Part shown: piece after piece, positions 25,757-38,924 of the stretch | Layout of the letters: each line of letters starts with the position of its first letter | Position numbering within the stretch: the stretch's first letter is position 1 | NCBI RefSeq assembly: GCF_006345805.1 | Contig: NC_043013.1 | Location: 50,592,001 to 50,656,000, forward strand | Origin: Octopus sinensis | Taxonomy: Eukaryota | DNA: 64,000 nt | Reading direction: 5' to 3' | Position numbers and translations under genes: made by a program | The notes under the pieces: generated by a model | What the model was told of the DNA's origin: nothing | Database searches by the model: none | Seen by the model: the letters and a program-made list of their open reading frames with translations, nothing else

Positions 25757-26140
25757 AAGGAGTAGCTGTGTGGTAACTAGCTTGTTTACCAACCACATAG
25801 TTCCGAGTTCAGTCCCACTGCATGGCACCTTGGGCAAGTGTCTTCTACTATAGCCTCGCGCTGACCAAAGCCTTGTGAGTGGAGTTGGTAGACGTAAACT
25901 GAAAGAAGCCTGTCGTATATATGTATATATATGTGTGTATGTGTTTGTCCTCCCAACATTGCTTGACAACCGATGCTGGTATGTTTACGTCCCCGTAACT
26001 TAGCAGTTCGGCAAAAGAGACCGATAGTATAAGTACTAGGCTTACATAGAATAAGTCCTGGGGTTGATTTGCTCGACTAAAGGTGGTGCTCCAGCATGGC
26101 CACAGTCAAATGACTGAAACAAGTAAGAGGATAAATGAAT
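25757..26140 (+). mobile_element. CORE-like SINE, near full length
   Basis: GGCACCTTGGGCAAGTGTCTT block and family 3' end. Further copies at ~27625-28015(+), 42000-42395(-), 50035-50390(+), 55197-55577(-), 55770-56210(-), 59762-60112(+), 60126-60290(+). Confidence 0.85.
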
Positions 26141-26991
26141 AAAAGGGAGAAGGAATGAGAAAAACAACATTCATAGTATAGAAATACGCGAATGATGGAG
26201 TCCTTCTAATAGAGGGCCTTCTCCAGTAGGGACCAATCAAGGAATACCACAGGTCCAAATGGCCCTGACCACCAAGGACATAGTTTTGAATATTCCCCTA
26301 TCGCATCCATATATGGCAAGAGCTGTATGAGGAAGAAAATGCTGAGAAAACAAATCTTTATAATATTAGTTCGAAATTTTGGCACAAGTCCAGCAATTTT
26401 GGGGGAGGGTGCAAATTGATTGCATCAGCCCCAGTGCTTAACTGGTATTTATTTTATTGACCCCTGAAAGGATGAAAGGCAAAGTGCACCATGGCAGGAT
26501 TTGAACTCAGAATGTAACAGGGACGAAATGTTGCTAAGCATTTTGCTTGGCAGGCACAAGGCCTGCAGTTTTGGGAGTAGAGAATAAGTGAATTACGTCA
26601 TCCCCAGCACTCAACTGGTACTTGTCTTTATTGACCCTGAAAGGGATAAAAAGTGAAATCAACCTTGGTGGAATTTGAACTCAGAACATAAAAAACAGAT
26701 GGAACATTTGTTGAACATTTTGCTAATGATTCTGTCAGCTCGTTGCCTTCCAGATCACCATAATATTGATTGTGGAGGCGTAGTGGTATGGTTAAGAGGT
26801 TCACTTTGTAACCATGTGGTTTTGGGTTCAGTCCCACTGCATACCACCATGGGGCAAGTGTTTTGTTACTATTCTTTCATTTAGACCAAAACCTTATGAA
26901 TTACTTTGGTAGACAAGAGTCAAATTTGTGTGTGTGAATGTATGTGTGTGTGTATGTATGTATGTATGTATGTATGTATCTTCTATTTTCC

Positions 26992-27255
26992 TTATTATTA
27001 TAAATCTTCCACTGAGGAGGGAGTCGGTTTCCAACAAAGATACAAGGCTCCATCTTTGGGATGTAGCTAACACAAACAAATTCACATTTGGAATTTGAGA
27101 AAAGTCTTCCATATTTTTACTGTTCCCCTCACAGATTGCACTTGTAATGTACGAATCAGCCGGCCAGTTTCTCTTTCTGAAAATCCCAGTTTATCCAGAT
27201 TCTCCTTTAAGCATTTACTAACAAAACCTAGTGCTCCAATTATTATTGGTATGAA
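26992..27255 (-). mobile_element. 3' end of an R4/Dong-like non-LTR retrotransposon
   Basis: IPIIIGALGFVSKCLKENLDKLGFSERETGRLIRTLQVQSVRGTVKIWKTFLKFQM* resembles the REL-endonuclease C-terminus (PIVIGALG...LQ...GT); short UTR ending in (TAA)n. Confidence 0.75.
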
Positions 27256-28582
27256 TACGAATACATACATACATATGTGTGTATGTATCAATGTATGTAT
27301 GTATGTATATATCTGTGTGTGTTCTTAAATTTTGGTGCAAACTATACACATGTTTCACTATTATACATGTGGTGGTGTTTATTTGCAGTCTTCCATGAAA
27401 ACATGTTGGGTCCAGAGGAATATATTAGACATGGTCAGTGACAAGAAACCCATTGAAAAGTCTGCTTCAAGAGATCTCATCTCACCCATGCAAGCATAGA
27501 AAATAGACATTAAAATGATGATGATGGTAATGGTGATGATGATGATGATGATAGCAATCTCAAACCTATAAAATTGTGACTCCTTTATTCATAAACAAAC
27601 CCCTGTCAAAATTAAGTCCGTTAAGCTACTGTGTGGTAAGAAGTTTGCTTCCCAACCACATTGGTCCTGGGTTCAGTCCCATTGCACAGCACCTTGGGCA
27701 AGTGTCATCTATCATAGCCTCCAGCCAAACTCTTGTGGGTGGATTTAGTAGAAGGAAACTGAAAGAAGCCCATCGTATATATGTGTGTGTGTGTGTGTGT
27801 TTGTGGCTGTGCTTTGTCCTCCACCATTGCCTGACAACCGGTGTTGGTGTGTTTACATCCCTGTAACTTAGCAGTTCAGCAAAAGAGGGGAATAAATTAA
27901 GCACCGTACTTTAAAAAAACTAAGTACTGGGGTCAACTCATTTGGCTAAAATTTCTTCAAGGAAGTGCCCCAGCATGGCCACAGTCTAAAAACTGAAACA
28001 AGTAAAGGATAAAAGGGTAACAGATAAGCTCTCAAGCTTTCCACCTCATATTGGCTACACATCCATTATAATAAAAGTGAAATTCTGTCTGTCTGTCCGT
28101 CCGGGACCCCTGTGTCTCAGTCTATATTTGCTCTACATAGACATATTATACCTTTTTGGAATCAGGATGATCCCAGGATTAAAAACTTTGCCCTTCATTT
28201 GGTTTTTGAACATCCAGCATTGGGATCTGATTTAAAAGCATTTGGGTTGCTATTTCTAGCAGGTAAAGCTTGCCTGATTCATCCATCTTGGTTGGTGTTT
28301 GTCAGATGATGTCAGAGGTCAAGTGAAGAGATAAATGACATTCACTTGGTAATTTTATATTGAGGAAAGAACTTTGGGACAAATTGGCCAACAGTTGGAA
28401 TTCAACTTGGGACTGGAACAATAGAATGATGGCATTACAAGAATTAATTCTCATCCGTCCTTAACCCCTGATCAAACACCACTGGGTCATATAGTCATTA
28501 TAGATGGTTTATAGTCATGCTATTTAGATCCATTTAGCTTTGGGCCAAACGCCCAATTAGCCATCTGCAGGAGCTAGCTTAA

Positions 28583-29058
28583 CCCTTTTATTACCAACCT
28601 GGCTGAAACTGGCTCTGGCTCTGTAGTATAAATGTCTTGTTTTCATAAGTTTTGAAATAAAATCTTCCACCAAACCTTAGTCACAATTTATGTTCCTAAC
28701 ACTAGCTTAAAGATAACTAAGTTTATTTACTAAATTCTTTGTTATATTTAAAATTAACTGAAAGAAACACAGAGCATATCAATAGAAATATGGTAGCAAA
28801 AAGGGTTAAAATATATAATTGAGAAACAATCCTTAAACCTTTTGATACTAACCTGGCTGAAACCAGCTCTGGCTCTGTAATATAAATGTCTTGTTTTCAT
28901 AAGTTTTGAATTAAAATATTCCACCAAACCTTAGTCACAATTAATGTCCCTAACACTAACTTAATGATAACTAAGTTATTTTACTAAATTCTTTGTTATA
29001 TTTAAAATCAATTAAAAGAAACACAGAGCATCTCAATAGAAATACAGTAACGAAGGGG
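28583..29058. mobile_element. Tandem pair of TTAA-flanked (piggyBac-like) MITEs, 28583-28805 and 28837-29058
   Basis: TTAA-CCCTTTT...AAAAGGG-TTAA termini, ~222-bp units, 23-bp spacer between the inner TTAAs. Confidence 0.85.
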
Positions 29059-29519
29059 TTAAAAGTCTGCATGGAGCGTGGATTTTAAGCTAGTTCTTTG
29101 TATAACCAAGTCTAAGTTACCAAACATTTAAATACTTCAAATAAGTTTACACTATATCAGTGCATCCCATGGAACATTTAACGATCACAACTAGAAGTGT
29201 GACAATCATGTATGAATCCTTAGTATGATACCCAAGTGTTGTACAAATGCTCTTAACATAACAAAGTATGTTATGCTTTTAGAACATGCTTAGTTTTGTT
29301 TTGGGACAATTTTGGGAGTTAAATTTGCAACCTGATGATGCTTTAGTTGACGAACAAACAACTTTGGTTTCAAGATAATTTTTCAGAGGTTTGTTTCATC
29401 AAGCCTCGTTTATTTAAATCGTGTGATTTTTTTCCCCCATTTAGTTATATAATACTTATAAATAACAGGTGGCTCACAGCTGGTGGGGTACTTGCAACAT
29501 AAGTAAACAATCTATCTAT

Positions 29520-29594
29520 CTATATGTGCTATCGTGTGTGTGTGTATGTGTATGCATATATATATATATGTATGTATGCATATATATATGTATG

Positions 29595-29626
<32 letters not shown>

Positions 29627-30193
29627 CATGTATATATATGTATGTATATGTATGTATGCATATATATATGTATGTATGCATATGTGTATATATGTATGTA
29701 TGTACGTATGCATGTATATTTGCATATATATATGTGTATATATATCTGTATGTATATATATATATATGTATGCCTATATATATGTATATGTATGCCTATA
29801 TATATATGTATGTATATGTATATATGTATGTATATATATATATGTATGTATATGTATATATATATATATGTATGTATATATATATGTGTATGTATATTTA
29901 TATGTATATATATATATATATGTATGTATATATATATGTATGTATGTATGTATATGTATATATATATGTATGTATGTATGTATATGTATATATATATATG
30001 TATGTATGTATGTATATGTATATATATATATGTATGTATATATGTATATATGTATATATATATATATATATTATATAATATATATATATATATAATATGT
30101 ATGTATGTGTATATATATATGTATATATATATATACATATATATAAATATGTATGTATGTATATATATATGTCTGTATGTTTGTGTGTGTATG

Positions 30194-30224
<31 letters not shown>

Positions 30225-30287
30225 GCACACACACACACACATATGCATGTTTATGTGTTATATATATATATATGTGTGTGTACATAC

Positions 30288-30347
<60 letters not shown>

Positions 30348-30450
30348 TTATGTGTATATCTGTATGTATATACGTATATAAGCGTGTATATTTTGTGTTT
30401 CTAAACGTATAAGGCTATGTACATGCATACATACACAAGCATATACACAC
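29520..30450. repeat. (TA)/(TATG) compound microsatellite
   Basis: Seen directly; similar tracts at ~8950-9440, 33430-33935, 36720-37337, 46175-46910, 47165-48035, 52795-53430, 57460-58370. Confidence 0.95.
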
Positions 30451-31529
30451 ACATGTACTTCAGTTGAGCATATACCCTACAATTTAATATGTATACTTAC
30501 AGATAATTCCTTGCCATCTCTCTCTCCCTCTCTCAATCTTTCTTTCTCACACACACAGATGCACATTGCCCCCCCCCCTCCCAAGAATGTCCTTAAACTA
30601 TTTCAATATTCTCAACATTTCAACTTGACGTTCCCTTTACTGATATCTTGGGGTTTTTTTGCGTTTTCTTCGTTTTGTTTCCTTCCAATAAATTTTCTTT
30701 TGATAGTCTCTTACGATTGGACACCTTGTTTTGTCACATTCACCAAACAAGGCTCATATCTTGAAAACGTGAGACAGTACATCTTGAAATTCTTTCCCAG
30801 ATTATTCCACAACACAATCTGTTTCGTTACAAACTGACACACTGTTTAAAGTTTGGTGAAATGATTAAGTCGACTGTTGTAGTAAATAGTTGGTGAATCA
30901 CCGTTTTTCTGCCTGTCCCTGACAAATCTCCACTCCACAACCCATCTTCCTAACACCCTCTCTCCACCTGAGTTCACTTTCTGAATCCTCCTTCTCTCCA
31001 TTGCCTGCCCTTCATTTACACTCTTATGGACTTACTTCCTCATTCACCCTATTTAGTCTTCTGTACCACTTCACTTGTATACATGCCCCTCTAGTAGAGG
31101 GTACTCCCCATCACATCTTTATTTATTTATTTTTCTGAAGATTGTGATTTCGGTGAGAAATAACTGCTATTTTTTAATAAGTTTGCTTCCTCATTGTCAC
31201 ATGACAGTTGCTGTAACCTTGACAACGTAACTGGTTGTATGCATACATACATACATACATATTTGGCTCCCATGCAGGTAGCACATAAAATACACCTTTT
31301 GAGCATGGTCGTTGCCAGAACCACCTGAGTGGCCCTTGTGCTGGTGGCACCTAAAAGCACCCACTACACTCTTGGAGTGGTTGGTGTTAGGAAAGGCTTC
31401 TAGCTGTAGAAACTTTGCCAGATCAGATTGAGCCTGGGGCAACCTTCTGCCTCTCCAGTCCTCAGTCAAACCATCCAACCCATACCTGCATGGAAAGCAA
31501 ACATTAAATAATGAGGATGATGATGATGA

Positions 31530-31604
<75 letters not shown>

Positions 31605-31629
31605 TTATTTATATATAATTAATCTAACA

Positions 31630-31835
31630 AAAATATTAAGAAAAATATAAGAAAAAACAACAATGCAAGGATGTGGTACATGTAAAGTATTAGCAGACAC
31701 TGAGGGAAGAAAAGAAAAAGGTGGCTTTATGTTTTGAGGAAAAGCTCTTCTTCAGAAACAGGAAACAGAAGAAAGTCCAAGAGAAGAGGAAGATGGAGGT
31801 AAAAATTGCCAATGATCCACATGTAGTTACATTTT
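31630..31835 (-). mobile_element. Penelope-like pLTR remnant with a degenerate hammerhead motif (31725-31759)
   Basis: Minus strand GTTT-CTGAAGA-A-GAGC-tttt-CCTC-AAAA-CATA-AAG; runs into (TA)n. Confidence 0.5.
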
Positions 31836-32049
31836 GAAATGACCAGAAGGGAATGGGTGAAGAAAAGGTTATTTCTAAGACAGGCTTCTTTCAGTTTCCA
31901 TCTACCAAATCCACTCAGAAGGCTTTGGTTGACCTGAGGATATATAGTAAAAGATACTTGCCCGAGGTGCCACACTGTGACACTGAGCCAGGTAGCTGGG
32001 AGGCAAGGTTTTTTTGCCATACAGCTACATATTGTTTTCACTACTTCCA

Positions 32050-32600
32050 ATGAAGTGCACGACACTAATAAACTTCAACAAAGGCAAAACACATGTTGCT
32101 TTTGTGAGTCACTGCAACAATGATGTTCACCACACTTCAATGTATATTGTATTTACAGATTTTATCTTGGATAATTCCACAGCATCATGTCTTGTAAAGG
32201 CCTATATACATTTAGTATGATACATAGATTGCAATTTTAGTGGAATACTGTCTCAATTGCATATACAGAATTTTTCTTCAGCCCAGCTAACTTTTGCAAT
32301 ATCAGTAAATGTTTTATTTACTTTATCCTATATATCAATGCAGAAGTTTCATTCAAGCTGGTGACAGTTGAGTGCATAACATTGACAAGCCTCAACAAAG
32401 ATGAAACATGTCTGTCATTCTCGTGACTCACTGCAGGAATGATATCAAAAACAACAAATCTATAAAGAGATTTTATCTCAGGCAATTCACAGCATCATGC
32501 CTTCTAAGTGTGTGTGTACACTTAGTTTTCATTCACAAATGGCAATTTTAATTTAATGCTATTTCAATTGCATATACCAATATTTTTCTGAGTTCATATC
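32050..32600 (+). repeat. 317-bp-period tandem duplication, each unit with a hammerhead-like relic
   Basis: Homologous blocks AGTGCA..ACA-core-CAACAAAG, GTGA.TCACTGCA, AGATTTTATCT, CACAGCATCATG and TCAATTGCATATAC in both units. Confidence 0.8.
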
Positions 32601-35600
32601 AGCGTTGTCATCATCTTCATCATTTAATGTTTGTTTTCCATGCTGCATGGATTGGCCAGTTTGACCAGAGATGGTAAAAGACAGGGGCCACACCAGACCC
32701 TGCTCTCTGTTTTGGCATGGTTTCAACAGCTGGATGCTCTTCCTAATGCCAACTAATTCACAGAGTGACCCAGGTGCTTTTTATGTGGCACCTGCACCGA
32801 CAAAGTCACCAATTAATTAGCAAGACAAAAAACCCCCAAAAAACCCCTCAGCTGCAAGGAGGGAGTAGTAGTGAGGAAGGTGGGGTGGTTTTGTGCCAAG
32901 TGATGAGAGATTTGAAGTATAGAGGGACAGGGGCAGGTCTCCTGCTAGAAAGTAGATTCATGAATATTCCTTTTGAACACAGAAAAGAGCGTTAGGATAG
33001 AGAATAGAATAAAGAATGATTGTGTCAGTGGAATGTATTGTGATAAATTTTCATACAGATATTTTAACCAAATTTCTTTAATTTACCTAAAACACCAAAA
33101 ACTATGCCCTGTATATATGATTAGTTATACTGACTGGATAAGCATCATGCAACTATGTTTTTGTTTTTTTGTGTTTTTATGGTATTATTTCCAGTCGGTT
33201 TGTTTGTAACGTACTTTAAAAAAATAATGTTTTGAAGAAGTAAAAATACGAAATATTTTCCTTTTAGAATTTTCTGCTTAAAAAGAAGCGAAAGGCTCAT
33301 TTTACCAGCTGTGATCAAGCTGGGGTATTTTAGAATGAGTACATGCAAGGGAAAAAAAACGGCTTGAAGCTAATTTGTAATCAAGTGAATATTAACGAGG
33401 AATGTTGTGGCTTCATGATCATACAAGTCAAGTTACATACATATATACATACAGACAAATGTTCATACATTTGTCATTGTTGTTTAACATCCATGTATAT
33501 ACATATATATGTATGAATACATACATATATATAAATGAAGATTACAGGCATGTATATATATATATTTATATATATGTATATATATACATATATATATTTA
33601 TATATATATATGTATATATATATACATATGTAGATGTATATATATGCACATATGTATGCATGTATGTATGTAGATGTATGTATATGCATATATATATATA
33701 TATATGTAGATGCATGTATATGCATTTATATATATATACATATATATATGGATGCATGTATATGTACATATATATATATGTAGATATATGTATATAGGTA
33801 TATAGATATATGCATATATAAAGTAAATCATAAATTATGTGTGTGTATACATATGTATACACACACACATGTATACACACACATACATGTATGTATGTAT
33901 GTATGTATGTATATAAGTATATATACATGTATGCATTGAACTTTCTCATCTCATACTGAATGGTAGAAAGCCTGCTTATCTTTGGAAGTAGAGATGTTCA
34001 AACAAACAAAAATAAAAATTCATAAGAAAATTAATCTTGTGTCTTGTTTCTTTAGTTTTGCAAATGTGTTAAATAAGAAAAAGTATGATCCACATAAATG
34101 TTTAGTGTACTCCACTAAGTCAGGTAAATATTACATACTAAAGATATATAAGTACGTACATGTATGTTGTTCTCCGCACACATTCATTGCTAGCATGGGT
34201 ACAATTTGACAGAATCACATGGTTTTGGAATCATGTGCCAATGTCTACTTTGACATTGCTTTGTTTGTGTGTATGTCCTTCCTCCTGCTAACGTAATGGA
34301 AACTTCTTACGAGAGCATGAAATTGTAACATTATCACTAACTTCTAAGTCATGATTAGCACAAGTGAAACCGGTCAGCTATGTAAATATTTTATTTCATA
34401 AAAATGTATTTTGTTCAATATAAAATTTCTGTGCATTTTCCTTCTTTTGATATTTTTCAGTACATGGAGAGAAACTTCTTCATCACACCTATTCACTATT
34501 TGTATGTGTGTGTGTAAATAAATAAATAAATAAATAAATAAATGTGTGTGTCTATGTATGTACACACAAACACTCACATTCATATAGAGATATGATACTT
34601 AGGAATATATGAAAATGGACATTCACACACATTTTACTTATTAAAATTATTTTGCATGAAAACAAGGTGTGAGGTCTGTCTAAAAAGAAACCAGATTTTT
34701 GTACCAATGAGCCACCCAGCTGGCACAGTGGACTGTACATGGGTGAACTTGAATTTCAGTTTAATAACAGCCAAATTACACTGTATCAGTTAGAGATCAA
34801 TTTCTATGAGTTAGAACAAACATAACTTTTGAATCTAAGTGATTTGTAGCAAATTTGGCTAAAGAAGGATTTGGTAAAAAAAAAAGAAGCTGTTTTGGGG
34901 AAATACCTTCTCAAATTCTGTTTTCAAAACCTTTGTAGCAGCTTCAAAACCGAATTGAAAAGCCATACAGATGCCACTTGAGATCACTATTGTTTCATGT
35001 CATTGGTTGATTAACTGACCAATCAGCATCAAGCCATCATGTGATTTGATTTCCTAGGATCTTCTAATGAGCCTTATGAAAATGTGGATTTTTGGTTGTA
35101 ACTTCAGAATGTTGAGGCAGTTGCCAAAACTACTCTATTCTCATTTTCCATTTACCAGCCGTGCAAAGAGAAGATTCAGACTTTACTGTCATGAATTTAG
35201 CATGGTTATTTTCCCAGTTGTGATGGGCTGGTCTCAGATTGATATGTACCAGCTATTTTGACACAGACTCCAGAAGTATGTCTCTCCCAGTGCGTACAAA
35301 TTGTTGTTTTTACTCTTCACCCAAAGACCAACATAGAAAACACCCTGTGCAATAAATAAAGCTTCTGCTAATTGTTCACGAGAACCCTAGAAAAACATTT
35401 TCATTCTCCACAAGCATCAGGGAACAACCACAAAAGAAAACATCTTGTAACACTATTTTACAGAGGCTTTTTTGATGCCTATGGAACGATTGTTTGAGCT
35501 GTACACAATATCAGTGAGGGGTACCTGCCTTTTAAATTGAGAGGAATGTCTGCTGAAGACTGTGCCAAATTAGGATGACTTGCATGATATTAAGTCTATT

Positions 35601-35632
35601 ATGAGCTCTAGCAGTTTAAAGTTGGGGCTTAA

Positions 35633-36113
35633 CCCTTTCGTTACTGTATTTCTGTTGAGATGCTCTGTGTTTCTTTTAATTAATTTTAAATATAACAAAG
35701 AATTTAGTAAAATAACGTAGTTATCAGTCAGATAGTGTTAAGTTATGTATATAAATTTTGACTAAGGTTTGGTGAAAGATTTTAATTCAAATCTTATGAA
35801 AACAAGACATTTGTACTACAGAGCCAGAGCCAGTTTCAGCCAGGTCGGTATGGAAAGGGTTAAGGATTGTTTCTTTATTATATATTTTAACCCTTTTTGT
35901 TACCATCTTTCTGTTGAGATGCTCTGTGTTTCTTTCAATTAATTTTAAATATAACAAAGAATTTAGTAAAATAACTTGGTTATCATTCAGCTAGTGTTAG
36001 GAACATAAATTATGACTAAGGTTTGGTGAAAGATTTTAATTCAGAACTTATGAAAACAAGACATTTGTACTACAGAGCCAGAGCTGGTTTCAGCTGGGTT
36101 GGTAACAAAAGGG
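35633..36113. mobile_element. Tandem pair of TTAA-flanked MITEs, 35633-35859 and 35891-36113, inverted relative to 28583-29058
   Basis: Same termini, body and spacer in reverse complement. Confidence 0.85.
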
Positions 36114-37283
36114 TTAACCTAGCTTCTATGGCACATAGCCTTTCCAAATGCCAACCACTTTACAGAATGGACTGGATGCTTTTTACATTGGGTACACCAT
36201 GTAGAATTCACACCTACTTTCTTTCTGTGCATCAAGCATCACCATTTCCTTAGTATCCGCAAGAACTCATTTCCTTTCCCTATTTACTAAAAGTTTGTGC
36301 TGTGTGAATGTCTTTGCCTGAAGTTTCTGAAGAAACGGAATTCTGTTAATGTCTATGCCACGATTTAAAAACAGAAAAAAAAAACCCTAGAAATTCTGAA
36401 TGGGATGGTCAGAGCTGGAAAGCCTTTGATATTGACCAAGGCTGATCTAGGGAAACAAAATGATTATGGCAAAGATGATATAGCTTGCTTGGAGATTGTG
36501 CAGCTTTAAATGGACGAGAAATAATCATGCTCTGGGATGAGACAATAGTGTTGTATCTTGCTTATCAAATTCCAAGAAAATTTGGTAAATATTCTTCACA
36601 TTTAATTGAATTGGTGCCTAAAGGCATGAGTGCTCCATTGAGGGCCAGGATTCATAGGCAGTCAGGGAATAGGAACTTCTAACTCATGAACTGATTGTTC
36701 ACTATCTTCTGTGTTTCATAAGTGCATGCACACACACATGCATGGAGTTTAAAAGAAATTCAGTTATTGTAATCTCTGTGTGCATGTGTGTACACACATG
36801 CATACATACATATATACATACGTGTGTGAGCGTATAATATGTATGTGTATATGTGTGTGTGTGTGCGTCTGTATGTATGTATGTGTGTATATGTATGTAC
36901 ATATATATATGTATACGTGTATATGTATGTATATGTATATATATATGTATATATATATATGTGTGTATATGTGTATGTGTATATATGTGTATATATGTAT
37001 GTGTGTATATATATATGTGTGTGTATATATATATATATATATGTGTGTGTGTATATATATATATATATATGTGTGTGTATATATATGTATGTATGTATAT
37101 GTATTCATGCATGTATACACACATATGTATTATATGCTTATGTATGCATGTATGTATCTTTCTATCATATATAATATAATATATATTATATATATATTAT
37201 ATATATATTATATAATATATATATATATAATATATATATATAATTATATATATTATATATATAATATATATAATATATAATAT

Positions 37284-37338
<55 letters not shown>

Positions 37339-37579
37339 TTCAGAGATTCAACTTATGCATTTGCATGGTTTTCTGCGCTGTTGCTTGTGGAGAAGCAGTC
37401 TCTCTCCTCGCCATCTTTGTCATCGTTGATCTTGCATGGTACCCCTATGGCTTAACATCTGTTTCCCATGCTGGCATCAGCAGGGCGGGTCTGCAGCACA
37501 GCACAGCAACATGTGTCATTATTCGACATTACTGTTCATCTGTGGGGCCTCACATTTTAAAGCCCTAATTAAACCACTT

Positions 37580-38570
37580 ACTCTCTCTCCAATTGTCTTT
37601 CATCTCTCTCTCTCTCTCTCTCTCCGCAGTCACCATTCTGTTTTACTCTCTCTCTGCCTCCAACCAGGAAGCCTTTCAAACATATAACATCTCTTCTCCT
37701 CTCTCTCATTCTTATTCGTTCTCCCTTTTCTTCTCTCTCTCCCTCTTCTCCTCTCTCTCTCCATCTCTCTCTCTCCCTCTTCTTTCTCTCTCCCTCTTCT
37801 CTCTCTCTCCCTCTTCTCTCTCTCTCTCTCCCTCTTCTCTCTCTCTCCCTCCCTCTTCTCTCTTCTCTCTCTCTCTACTCTCTCTCTCCTTCTCTCTCTC
37901 CCTCTTCTCTCTTCTCTCTCTCTCTCCTTTCTCTCTTCCTCTTCTCTCTTTCCTTCTCTCGCTCTCCCTCTTCTCTCTTCTCTCTCTTTCTCCATCCCCC
38001 TCCCCCTCTTCTCTCTCTTCTCTCTCTCCCTCTATATTCTCTCTCCCTCTCTCTTTTCTCTCCCGCTTTCTTCTCTCTCCCTCTCTCTTCTCTCTCCCTC
38101 TCTCTTCTCTCTCCCTCTCTCTTCTCTCTCTCCCTATCTCTTCTCTCTCTCTCTCCCCCTATCTCTCTTCTCTCTCTCCCTATCTCTTCTCTCTCCCTCT
38201 CTCCTCTCTCTCCCTCTTCTCTCTCCCTCTCTCTCTTCTCCCCCCTCTCCTCTCTCTGTCCCCTTCTCTCTTCTTCTCCACCCTCTTTTCTCTCACTTTG
38301 TCTCCCTTCTCTCACCTTCTCTCCCTCTTCCTCTCTGTGTCTCTTCTCTCCCTCCTTCCCTATCTCCCTTCCTCTGTTTTGCTCTCCTTCCCGTGTCACC
38401 CTCTTCCCACTCACCACTCTCCCTTCCTTCACTCCCCCTTCCTTCACTCCCCCTCTCCTTTCCTCTCCACCCTTCCCAACATCCCTCCCTTCACTCCCCC
38501 TCTCCTTTCCTCTCCACCCTTCCCAATATCCCTCCATCTCATTTCTCCCTTCTCTCACTTTTCTCTCCCC
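37580..38570. repeat. ~1-kb (CT)n-rich polypyrimidine tract
   Basis: Seen directly. Confidence 0.95.
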
Positions 38571-38924
38571 TGTTTCCCACCATATAATTTTTTTCCTTTT
38601 GCATCAAGTGACCTCTGGTTTTAGTAACCCTCTTCGGTATCCTAGTGAGTGATGCAAACCAGCCTCCCTAGTGCTGGCGCCATGACAAAACTGCATCTTG
38701 TACACTTTCTTTAAAGTGGTTGGTCAATGGACAGAACCGATATAATATCAAGAAGATTCTTTGGTCCTGTCATGAGAATGGCAATCCTCCTTATGCTGGT
38801 GCCATGAAAAGATGCATCTCGTAAAGTGGTTGGTGGATGTGCTGATAGAATATGGTGTTGAGGACATGACAAGCGCTCTAATGCTGATGTGAAGAAGAAA
38901 TACACCCGGTACTCTAAGAGTAAT

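Noticed and set aside
28062-28112. Helitron-like 5' end (ATAATAAAAGTG...CTGTCTGTCTGTCC)
   Set aside because: Too short, and no 3' hairpin/CTAG end identified.
29328-29360. CTGATGA...CGAA hammerhead-like string
   Set aside because: No convincing stem II, GAAA or stem I; could be chance.
37593-38624. 343-aa Ser/Leu/Pro ORF and antisense Glu/Arg ORFs
   Set aside because: Translation of a (CT)n-rich tract.
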